Assembly: GCA_964594235.1 (NCBI GenBank)
Contig: CAZQMF010000004.1
Span: 9,718 to 73,717 of the forward strand
Reading direction: 5' to 3'
Origin: an uncultured Acidimicrobiia bacterium
GTDB lineage: Bacteria; Actinomycetota; Acidimicrobiia; Spongiisociales; UBA4744
DNA length: 64,000 nt
The notes beneath the pieces are model-generated. The model saw nothing but the letters and a program-made list of their open reading frames with translations, was not told the DNA's origin and ran no database searches. How positions within the stretch are numbered: the stretch's first letter is position 1; each line of letters opens with the position of its first letter. The translations under genes were made by a program, and so were the position numbers. Below, one piece after another: positions 56,526 to 64,000 of the stretch.

Positions 56526-56989
56526 ACCTCACGGTCAATGGTGCCGCGTTCGATGTGGAGGTCAAAGCTTCCGAGAGCCTGCTGGATCTTTTGCGGCGGC
56601 TCGGGTTCAAGGGTGTGAAGAACGGCTGCGACAACGGAGATTGCGGGGCATGCGCCGTGCTGATCGACGGGAGGGCTGTCACGTCGTGTGACTATCCGGC
56701 CCCGGCCGCGGCGGACACCAGCATCCTGACCGTGGAAGGTCTCGGAACCGAGGGTGAGCTACACCCGATTCAAGCTGCGTTCCTCGACGCTGGTGGGGTC
56801 CAGTGCGGCTTCTGTACCCCCGGGATGCTGATCAGCGCCTACGAGTTGCTGAACCGCGTCTCGGAGCCCTCCGAAGACGAGATACGCGAGGCGTTGCGCG
56901 GGAATCTGTGCCGCTGTACGGGCTATGTGAAGCCGGTGGAAGCCATCAGCATCGCCGCGGCGAGGATGCGGGAGGCGACCGGTGGCTGA
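56522..56989 (+). CDS. [2Fe-2S]-binding subunit (system 3)
   Basis: MNLTVNG start 7 nt after GGAGG (the listed TTG 56501 is less likely). CDNGDCGAC, CGFCTPG, CRCTGY. Confidence 0.9.
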   Translation: MNLTVNGAAFDVEVKASESLLDLLRRLGFKGVKNGCDNGDCGACAVLIDGRAVTSCDYPAPAAADTSILTVEGLGTEGELHPIQAAFLDAGGVQCGFCTPGMLISAYELLNRVSEPSEDEIREALRGNLCRCTGYVKPVEAISIAAARMREATGG

Positions 56990-59285
56990 TCAGTTCGTCG
57001 TCGTCGGCCAAAGCGAACGTCGTGTGGATGGGCGAGCGCTGGTAACGGGGAAACCCGTGTTCACCGGTGATCTCGACCTCCCCGGCATGCTGCATCTCGC
57101 GATGCTCGGCTCGCCACATGCACACGCACGAATCACATCCATCTCGACGGAACGTGCAGAAGAGCTCGAAGGGGTGGAGCTCGTGCTGACGCACGTGAAC
57201 ACACCAACGGTCCGCTACACGACCGCGGGACAGGGTCACCCGGAGCCGTCCCCGTACGACTCGCGGATGTTCGATCCGAAGGTCCGCTTCGTCGGGGATC
57301 GGGTAGCCGTCGTCGCTGCCACGTCGAAGGAGATCGCAGAACACGCGCTCGAACTGATCGAGGTCGAGTACGAACCGCTGACGCCCGTCCTGTCGATCGA
57401 CGACGCGCTCGCCGAGGGAGCCCCGGTCATCCACGACGAGACGGACGCATCGGGGATATGGGATGCCGAACACAACATCGCAGGAGTGGTCGAAGCCGAC
57501 GTAGGCGACGTCGACGCGGCGATCGAGTCTGCGTTCGCGAGCGTCGAGTTCACGGGAGAAACCCAGTACGCACAGCATGTCCCGCTCGAACCACACGTAT
57601 CGGTGGCCTACCTCGATGACAACGGGCGGCTGGTGCTCTACACGAGCACGCAGGTCCCCTTCCACGTGCGCCGGATCATCGCACGTGTCCTCGACATCCC
57701 GGCCGGGCAGATCAGGGTCATCAAGCCTCGCATCGGCGGCGGCTTCGGCGTCAAGCAGGAGATCCTCATCGAAGACCTCGTCGGACTCGTCACCTACCGG
57801 ACCGGGCGGCCGTGCAAGCTCGAGTACACGCGAGCCGAGGAGTTCTATGCGTCCCGCACGCGGCACCCGATGCGGGTGACCGTCCGGCTGGGTGCCGACG
57901 AAGACGGCCGTTTGACGGCAGTGCACATGAACGCACTCGAAAACACCGGCGCGTACGGAGCCCACAACCTGACGGTCGTGTCCAACGCAGGCTCCAAGAC
58001 GCTCCCGATGTACAACAAGGCGCCGAATGTCAGGTTCACCGCAAAGGGCATCTACACGAATCTGCCTGTCGGCGGCGCCTACCGGGGATACGGCGCAACC
58101 CAGGGGATCTTCCCGCTCGAAGTCGGTATCGACATGCTCGCCGAGAAACTCGGGATGGACCCACTCGAGCTTCGACGCCTCAATCACATCCGATCCGGCG
58201 AGACCAGCCCGATCTTCGAAGAACTCGGTGAAGGTCGCAAGGGTGTGCCCCAAACGATCGGAAGCTGTGGCCTCGAACGATGCATCGACATCGGGGCCGA
58301 GCGGATCGGCTGGGCCGCCAAGCGTGGCACACGCCTCCGTGAGGGTCCTTGGGTGCACGGCATCGGCATGTCCATCCACATGCAGGGCTCGGGAATCCCT
58401 GCGATCGACATGGCTGCCGCCACGATCAAGATGAACGATGACGGGTCGTTCAACCTCCTGATCGGAGCCACCGACCTCGGCACCGGTTCGGACACCGTCC
58501 TCGCGCAGATGGCCGCCGAGGTTCTCGGCGTCACGCTCGACGACATCATCGTGCTCTCCTCCGACACCGACGTGACTCCGTTCGATGTCGGCGCGTATGC
58601 GTCCTCGACCACCTACGTCTCGGGGTCTGCCGTGGTGCGAGCCGCGACCGATGTGAAGGGCCAGATCACGGCGGTCGCGGCAGCGATGCTCAGAGTCGAT
58701 GCCGATGAGCTCGAGCTCGGTGACGGAAGGGTCATCGCCGAGGATGGTCGAAGCGTCACGTTGGCGGACGTCGCGCTGCGGTCGTTGTACGGGGTGGATC
58801 AGTTCCAGATCGGGGCCACGGCATCGTTCGTCGGTGATGTCTCTCCCCCACCATTCCTCGCGTCGTTCGCGGAGATCGCCATCGACACCGAGACCGGTGA
58901 ACTGAGGATCGTCGACTACGTCGCAGCCGTGGACTGCGGAACAGCGATCAACCCGCGTCTCGCCGAAGGGCAGGCCGAGGGAGCACTCGCGAACGGGATC
59001 GGCTATGCCCTGATGGAGGAGATGCGGTTCGACACGTACGGCCGGATGCGCAACCCCGACCTGGGTCGGTACAAGATTCCCGCTGCCACCGACATGCCTC
59101 CGTTGGAGGTCATCCTCGTGGATACGTACGAGGAGACAGGCCCGATGGGTGCCAAGTCGATCGCAGAGATCGGCATCAATGCCCCGATCCCGACGCTGGC
59201 GAACGCCATCTACGACGCTATCGGTGTCCGATTGACGCATCCTCCGTTCACGTCAGAGAAGATCTGGCGAGCGATGCAGGGCTGA
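56982..59285 (+). CDS. xanthine dehydrogenase family molybdopterin-binding subunit (system 3)
   Basis: 767 aa. IGGGFGVKQE and YRGYGATQG motifs. The GTG start follows GGGAGG and overlaps the Fe-S gene by 8 nt. Confidence 0.9.
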   Translation: MADQFVVVGQSERRVDGRALVTGKPVFTGDLDLPGMLHLAMLGSPHAHARITSISTERAEELEGVELVLTHVNTPTVRYTTAGQGHPEPSPYDSRMFDPKVRFVGDRVAVVAATSKEIAEHALELIEVEYEPLTPVLSIDDALAEGAPVIHDETDASGIWDAEHNIAGVVEADVGDVDAAIESAFASVEFTGETQYAQHVPLEPHVSVAYLDDNGRLVLYTSTQVPFHVRRIIARVLDIPAGQIRVIKPRIGGGFGVKQEILIEDLVGLVTYRTGRPCKLEYTRAEEFYASRTRHPMRVTVRLGADEDGRLTAVHMNALENTGAYGAHNLTVVSNAGSKTLPMYNKAPNVRFTAKGIYTNLPVGGAYRGYGATQGIFPLEVGIDMLAEKLGMDPLELRRLNHIRSGETSPIFEELGEGRKGVPQTIGSCGLERCIDIGAERIGWAAKRGTRLREGPWVHGIGMSIHMQGSGIPAIDMAAATIKMNDDGSFNLLIGATDLGTGSDTVLAQMAAEVLGVTLDDIIVLSSDTDVTPFDVGAYASSTTYVSGSAVVRAATDVKGQITAVAAAMLRVDADELELGDGRVIAEDGRSVTLADVALRSLYGVDQFQIGATASFVGDVSPPPFLASFAEIAIDTETGELRIVDYVAAVDCGTAINPRLAEGQAEGALANGIGYALMEEMRFDTYGRMRNPDLGRYKIPAATDMPPLEVILVDTYEETGPMGAKSIAEIGINAPIPTLANAIYDAIGVRLTHPPFTSEKIWRAMQG

Positions 59286-59288
59286 CGG

Positions 59289-60830
59289 TCACTCCCCCAT
59301 CAGCTTGCGCACCATCCCGACCTTCATGTCCCACAGACTGTCCGTGAGCGACACGTGGTAGACGTGCGGGTTGATGAGCCGGCGCACACCTGGATCGAGC
59401 CGCTCGAGGTCGGCGATGCGACGCTGCCTCAGCTCGTCGATCGTTGGCGACTCTTGGAGTCGCGTGCCGTTCGCGAGCACCGGCAGTGGAAGGGTTTCAA
59501 CGTCGGAGACCGCCCCCTCCGGGAGTCTTCTCATGGACGTCGGGATCACAGGATGATGCAGGGTGATGGGCATGCCCGTTTGAATCGTCTCGTCTGCCGT
59601 GCCGAGGACGTCGGCGGTTGCCGTTCCACGCGCGTCGTAGAGGCGCCACGCCTGCTTGCGACCAGGGTTGGGAATCTTCGCCTGCGACTCCGAAACCTTG
59701 ATCGCCGGTTGCCAGCCGGACGGTTCCTCGATGGCAACCAGCTTGTAGACACCATCCAGCGACGCGTCGCCTTGGGAGGTGATCAGCCGCGTCCCGACCC
59801 CGTAGCTCAGCCGTCCGATCAAGTGATCGGGATCGACCCGGTAGTTCGGTGCCTCGTTTCTGATCTGCGAAACGATCTGCCAGATCGCGAGCTCATCCAG
59901 GTTGGATGACAGGACGATGGATGTCTCTGCGAACCCGGCGTCATTGAGCATGCGTGCAGCCTGAATCGCCAGATAGGCCAAGTCGCCCGAATCGAGTCTG
60001 ATGCCGACGGGTTCGTGGCCGGAGCGGCGGAGCTCTTCGAAGACGGTGATGGCATTCGGGATGCCACTCTCGATCGTGTCGATCGTGTCGACGAGCAGCA
60101 GACAGTCGTCGGGGAACACGTCCGCGTACGCCCGGAACGCGTCGAGTTCGGTCTGACCCTTGGCGAGGAAGAGTTGGATGAGAGAGTGGGCATGTGTCCC
60201 CTTGGAGGGAACACCGACGGTGAACGACGTGCCGACGTTGGAGCTGAAGTCGGCGCCACCTATGAGGGCCGCTCGGGTTCCTGCGTTGCTCCCACGCTCG
60301 GGACCTCTGCGCATACCGAACTCCAGCACCGGCCGGCCGAACCCGGCCTCATGGACGCGCGATGCCTTCGTGGCGATCAACGTCGGGTAGTTGAGATGGT
60401 TCAGAAGCGAGGTCTCCAGCATCTGTGCGATCCCGAGCGGACCGACCACCACGACAATCGGCACGTTGGGATGCACGATGCGGCCCTCGGGGATAGCCGT
60501 CATGCTGATCCCTGAGAAGTCTCCATTCTGACGCAACCACTCGAGGAAGTCCGGTGCGAACAACCGGTCGCCCGAAGCGCTTCGGAGCGTCTGAAGGTGT
60601 TCGATGTCCTGATCGGTTGCACGAGTGGATTCCATCCAGTCGAGCAGCCAGTCGAGGCCCGCGTTGACCGCGTAGCCGGCCTGATGTTTGCCGTAGTCCG
60701 GGTAGGAACGGAAGTAGTAGTCGAACTCCGCAGGCTGCTCGTGGACGCCGAGCCGGTAGTACACCTGGGCCATCGTCAGCTGGTACAGGTCGGTGAACAA
60801 GAACCCTTCGGCGAGTGATGCCTCATACAT
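59289..60830 (-). CDS. pncB: nicotinate phosphoribosyltransferase
   Basis: Homology starts at MYEASLAEGFLFTDLYQLTMAQ (ATG 60830). The upstream 149 codons of the listed ORF are not homologous. Confidence 0.85.
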   Translation of the reverse strand: MYEASLAEGFLFTDLYQLTMAQVYYRLGVHEQPAEFDYYFRSYPDYGKHQAGYAVNAGLDWLLDWMESTRATDQDIEHLQTLRSASGDRLFAPDFLEWLRQNGDFSGISMTAIPEGRIVHPNVPIVVVVGPLGIAQMLETSLLNHLNYPTLIATKASRVHEAGFGRPVLEFGMRRGPERGSNAGTRAALIGGADFSSNVGTSFTVGVPSKGTHAHSLIQLFLAKGQTELDAFRAYADVFPDDCLLLVDTIDTIESGIPNAITVFEELRRSGHEPVGIRLDSGDLAYLAIQAARMLNDAGFAETSIVLSSNLDELAIWQIVSQIRNEAPNYRVDPDHLIGRLSYGVGTRLITSQGDASLDGVYKLVAIEEPSGWQPAIKVSESQAKIPNPGRKQAWRLYDARGTATADVLGTADETIQTGMPITLHHPVIPTSMRRLPEGAVSDVETLPLPVLANGTRLQESPTIDELRQRRIADLERLDPGVRRLINPHVYHVSLTDSLWDMKVGMVRKLMGE

Positions 60831-60845
60831 GGGCTCGATGGTACC

Positions 60846-60880
60846 CAACAGCGGACCGCTCACAGCTGACAGCCCACAGC
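60846..60880 (-). repeat. heptad repeat array F (plus strand CAACAGC GGACCGC TCACAGC TGACAGC CCACAGC)
   Basis: Five 7-nt units 16-50 nt upstream of the pncB ATG. Sense strand reads GCTGTGG GCTGTCA GCTGTGA GCGGTCC GCTGTTG. Confidence 0.6.
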
Positions 60881-60971
60881 CAGAGGATGGCAGAAGCAGG
60901 CGGTCCGTCCAACCGGTCTTCTTGCCGGAGACTGGAGCCTGACGGCACCTCGTCGCGGTACGCTGCACGGC

Positions 60972-61316
60972 ATGGTTGCGTGTGACACGATCATCATCTT
61001 CACGCCGAAGATGACCGAGCTCGCGGAGTTCTACCGGAACGGACTCGACCTCCCTGAACCGACGGCGCACGGCCCTTTGCACCTCGGGTTTCGTCTCGAC
61101 AACCTCTACTTCGGTTTCGACCAGGTCGACGGTGAGGCCACCGCCGGCGTTGGCGTCACCCTGTGGTTCGCGGTTCCGGATCTCGACGCTGCATTCGATC
61201 GATTCGTCGAGGCCGGTGCAACGGTCCGCTACCCACCGACTTTGAAGGCAATGGGAGACGTCCTCGCATCGCTCCACGACCTCGACGGAAACGTGCTCGG
61301 TCTCGTACAGCGTTGA
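60972..61316 (+). CDS. VOC (glyoxalase/bleomycin-resistance) family protein
   Basis: 114 aa single beta-alpha-beta-beta-beta pair pattern. C-terminal DLDGNVLGLVQ is typical of VOC proteins. Confidence 0.7.
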   Translation: MVACDTIIIFTPKMTELAEFYRNGLDLPEPTAHGPLHLGFRLDNLYFGFDQVDGEATAGVGVTLWFAVPDLDAAFDRFVEAGATVRYPPTLKAMGDVLASLHDLDGNVLGLVQR

Positions 61317-61317
61317 G

Positions 61318-61345
61318 TAGGGACGCTCCCTCGGGAGCGTCCCTA
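61318..61345. terminator. bidirectional terminator-like hairpin
   Basis: TAGGGACGCTCC(C) / (G)GGAGCGTCCCTA, an 11-12 bp perfect stem between convergent genes, 2 nt after the VOC stop. Confidence 0.65.
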
Positions 61346-61371
61346 CGTCTCGTCCGGGAAGGAGGGACGAT

Positions 61372-61794
61372 CTACTTGACCGGCACCAGCGGACACTCGA
61401 GGAACTGCGGATTGCTGTCGTCGATACTCAGGTTCCCTAGAGACACCTGCTCCATGAGCACGTCGAAGGACTTGATCAGGAAGGGGGTGGCACCGTCACT
61501 CCATGTCGCCGGTACCTCGTACCACCGGCCGCCGTTGTAGGCAGGATTTCCTGGGCCGGCCTCGGCAACGGCGAGTTGACCTTCGACGCCGTTGGTGATA
61601 CCGACCAGCATGTCGAATGACTGAAGGTTGTGTGCGTTGGGAGCCGGGATGTCGGCAACCTTTCTTGAGCTATACGCGGTTCCGTCGGCGTAGATGCCGG
61701 GCGCGAAGCTGAACTTGCCCGGCAGTGCAAATGCGGGTGCGGCCATCGCGAACAGCATCGCGATGACAAGACCCACAACGGCAATGCGACGCAT
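61372..61794 (-). CDS. secreted hypothetical protein
   Basis: 140 aa. Signal peptide MRRIAVVGLVIAMLFAMAAPAFA/LPG. No family recognised. Confidence 0.55.
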   Translation of the reverse strand: MRRIAVVGLVIAMLFAMAAPAFALPGKFSFAPGIYADGTAYSSRKVADIPAPNAHNLQSFDMLVGITNGVEGQLAVAEAGPGNPAYNGGRWYEVPATWSDGATPFLIKSFDVLMEQVSLGNLSIDDSNPQFLECPLVPVK

Positions 61795-61936
61795 GGTTAT
61801 CTCCTTTCACCGGGATCTCCGGTCTGCGACAGACGATGTCATGCGGATCTCTCGTCGCGACAACGTGGAGATGAACATTTCCGAAACGGGCGGTGCTCCG
61901 CTTCTCATCTCGAGTCCCTGCCCGTACGATGCGGTC

Positions 61937-62614
61937 ATGGATCGAGTCCTCGTCGTCGACGATGAACCAATGGTGCGTGAGGTCGTCACGGAGTACCTCG
62001 AACGTGAAGGCTTCGTGGTCGAAACTGTCCAGGATGGCGATGCCGCGCTCGAGGCCATCCGCGCCCGGCCCCCGGATCTGCTCGTGCTCGACGTCATGCT
62101 TCCCGAGAGGGACGGCTTCTCCGTTCTCCATGAAGTGAGGAAAGACTCGACGATCCCCGTGATCCTCCTGACCGCCCGCGGCGAGGAACCCGACCGAGTG
62201 GTGGGTCTCGAGCTGGGTGCCGACGACTACGTGGTCAAACCGTTCTCTCCACGGGAGTTGGCCGCACGAGTGCGTTCGGTGTTGAGAAGGAGCCGGCCCG
62301 AACCGGTCAACGAGACACTGGCATTCGAAGGCCTCGAGATCGATCGCCGCTCTCGCGAGGTGCGGGCGGATGGGCGGCTTGTTGAGCTGACGCCAAGGGA
62401 GTTCGATCTCCTCGTCTACATCGCTTCACACCCGAGACAGGTCTTTTCGAGGGGCCAGCTCCTTCAACACGTGTGGGAGTCCTCTTCCGATTGGCAGGAC
62501 CCGGCGACCGTCACGGTGCACATCGGCCGCCTCAGGACCAAGCTCGAAGCCAACCCCGCCAGACCCCGCTGGATCGCCACGGTGTGGGGGGTCGGCTACC
62601 GGTTCGAACCATGA
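61937..62614 (+). CDS. OmpR-family response regulator
   Basis: [11 protein letters not shown] receiver domain (phospho-acceptor Asp in LLVLDVMLP) and a winged-helix C-terminus ending GVGYRFEP. Confidence 0.9.
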   Translation: MDRVLVVDDEPMVREVVTEYLEREGFVVETVQDGDAALEAIRARPPDLLVLDVMLPERDGFSVLHEVRKDSTIPVILLTARGEEPDRVVGLELGADDYVVKPFSPRELAARVRSVLRRSRPEPVNETLAFEGLEIDRRSREVRADGRLVELTPREFDLLVYIASHPRQVFSRGQLLQHVWESSSDWQDPATVTVHIGRLRTKLEANPARPRWIATVWGVGYRFEP

Positions 62615-63792
62615 GATTCACCGGGTTGCTGATCGGAGCGGTCATCGTCGCCTACGGGGTCGTCGAGCTCCTCATGCGTCCATCGGGCCAGGATCGAGCG
62701 GCGTTCGCCTTCATGTTCGCGGGCATCGCCCTCGTGACTGCCCTCGTGGGGATTGTGCTGCGCTCTGTTGCCGTTCGGGCGAAGTCACTGTCCGCAACGA
62801 TGTTCGTCGTTTCGGTAGGAGCCGTCTTCATCGTTGCGCTTGCAGTAGTCGCCGCCGGCCGCCTGATGTTTCTGTCCGGCCATGACTTGCACCTGACGCT
62901 GATCGTCCTCGGCTTCGGCGTGGTGCTCGGCGCTCTCCTCGCCGGTGCCGTAGCAGAGCGGCTCAGCCATGACCTTCACCGTCTGCGTGACATTGCAGAG
63001 CAGGTGGCTGCCGGTGACTTCACCGCCCGGGCGGGACTGAACCGGCCCGACGAGGTGGGCGCGCTCTCGTTGGCGATCGACTCCATGGTGGAGCGTCTCG
63101 ATGCGGCCGACAACGAACGCCAGCGCATCGAGGCCTCCCGACGAACGTTCCTCGCGGCAATAGGGCACGATCTTCGAACCCCTCTGACATCGGCCCGAGC
63201 CGCGGTGGAGGCTCTCCAGGATGGTGTTGCGCGCGATCCGGAGCGGTTCCTGGGTTCGATCAGTCGCGATCTGTCGATCCTCAGCGGACTGGTTGAGGAT
63301 CTGTTCCTTCTCTCGAAGATCGAGGCCGATCAGCTCGATCTGCAGATGGAGCCCGTAGACCTGACCGATCTGGCAGACACGACGCTGGAGGCGATGACCC
63401 CGGTCGCACAGAAGAGACGCATCAATCTACGACTGGACGCCACATCCCACGTCCGCGTCCTCGCGGGAGAGCTGGAGCTGGCCCGAGTCCTACGCAACCT
63501 CGTCGACAACGCTATCCGACACGCCCCCGACGCCTCGGAGGTGACCGTGGGCGTGAACAGCGACCAGTCCGCCGTCACGGTCCGTGTGACGGATCAGGGC
63601 CCCGGATTCCCACCTGACATCGATGTCTTCGAGAGCTTCACCCGGGGTGATAGTGCGCGGGCCCGCGACACGGGAGGCGCCGGCCTGGGATTGGCGATCG
63701 CTCGTGGCATCGTGCACGCGCACGGAGGCGCCACCTGGATCGAACCCGGCCCGGGCGGCACCATCGCGTTCCGCATCCCGATCCGTCGCTAG
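62611..63792 (+). CDS. sensor histidine kinase (two TM, HAMP, HisKA, HATPase_c)
   Basis: The ATG overlaps the regulator stop (ATGA). H-box FLAAIGHDLRTPL, N-box LVDNAIRH, G-boxes DQGPGF and GGAGLGLAI. Confidence 0.9.
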   Translation: MRFTGLLIGAVIVAYGVVELLMRPSGQDRAAFAFMFAGIALVTALVGIVLRSVAVRAKSLSATMFVVSVGAVFIVALAVVAAGRLMFLSGHDLHLTLIVLGFGVVLGALLAGAVAERLSHDLHRLRDIAEQVAAGDFTARAGLNRPDEVGALSLAIDSMVERLDAADNERQRIEASRRTFLAAIGHDLRTPLTSARAAVEALQDGVARDPERFLGSISRDLSILSGLVEDLFLLSKIEADQLDLQMEPVDLTDLADTTLEAMTPVAQKRRINLRLDATSHVRVLAGELELARVLRNLVDNAIRHAPDASEVTVGVNSDQSAVTVRVTDQGPGFPPDIDVFESFTRGDSARARDTGGAGLGLAIARGIVHAHGGATWIEPGPGGTIAFRIPIRR

Positions 63793-64000
63793 CTATCCGA
63801 CCCCGGCGCGCTCGAAGCCGGCTGCCACGGAACACCGAGCCTGGGCAGCAGGAACCGGTCCAGTCCCAACCAACCCGCATTCCGCCACGCGAGGAACACC
63901 AGCCCGGAGACGAGGATCATCGCCGGGTTGACCCCTGCGCTTCCAGCGAACACATATGTGAAGTTGAGCATCGCGCCGAACAGCGCCGCGATCCCCGTGA
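63789..64000 (-). CDS. DoxX-family membrane protein, C-terminal part (open at window end)
   Basis: The frame stays open to position 64000. ...GIAALFGAMLNFTYVFAGSAGVNPAMILVSGLVFLAWRNAGWLGLDRFLLP resembles DoxX/DoxD C-termini. Confidence 0.5.
   Translation of the reverse strand, partial: TGIAALFGAMLNFTYVFAGSAGVNPAMILVSGLVFLAWRNAGWLGLDRFLLPRLGVPWQPASSAPGSDS

Noticed and set aside
48569-59285. In-frame TGA (selenocysteine) recoding or frameshifts in the YgfK-like, XdhD-like or XDH subunit genes
   Set aside because: All of these ORFs are continuous from a plausible start to the stop, with conserved motifs throughout. No interrupted frame was seen.
34363-60830. Calling the purine supercluster a horizontally acquired genomic island
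   Set aside because: I saw no flanking tRNA, integrase, transposase or direct repeats, and no obvious GC shift by eye. Only the internal ABC relic hints at rearrangement. The evidence is insufficient.
60831-61277. Upstream 149 codons of the 662-aa ORF containing pncB
   Set aside because: NAPRT homology starts at MYEASLAEGF. The extension overlaps the VOC gene on the other strand and contains the heptad array. A residual possibility that part of it is coding is noted in the findings.

Overview
High-GC (roughly 65 percent) Actinomycetota-like chromosomal window, almost entirely coding. I saw no rRNA, tRNA, CRISPR array or transposase/integrase. Four parts. (1) 140-23698 is a 23.5-kb block read only on the minus strand: rarA, aspS, hisS, an MBL hydrolase, three prepilin-like genes, relA, apt, secF, secD, yajC, tgt, queA, ruvB, ruvA, ruvC, yebC, pdxT, pdxS, and a pimA-like/acyltransferase/pgsA phosphatidylinositol-mannoside trio. 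Many of these genes have overlapping stop and start codons. The prepilin-like trio (5110-8998) is an accessory insertion between relA and hisS. (2) 23765-34378 holds an EF-G paralogue, a eukaryote-type citrate synthase, an MMPL transporter, thrS, an APH-fold predicted pseudokinase, two small Cys-motif ORFs and a patatin-like lipase. (3) 34363-60830 is a purine-catabolic supercluster of about 25 kb. It contains an adenine/adenosine deaminase, an 8-oxoguanine-deaminase-like hydrolase and three separate molybdenum-hydroxylase systems. It also contains a ygfK-ssnA-xdhD-like module of the kind known from E. coli and gut anaerobes, a carbamate kinase, two atypical carbamoyltransferases, two fold-type-II PLP enzymes, a Zn-ADH, a decayed ABC transporter relic and pncB. 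I saw no uricase/allantoinase route, no regulator and no intact transporter in it. This is my best candidate for an undescribed pathway variant. Short arrays of 7-nt tandem repeats (plus-strand consensus about YGASARC) occur at several gene ends inside this cluster only. (4) 60972-64000 holds a VOC protein, a secreted small protein, an OmpR/histidine-kinase pair and a partial DoxX gene. All functional calls rest on motifs I read in the translations and on remembered synteny. No database search was run.
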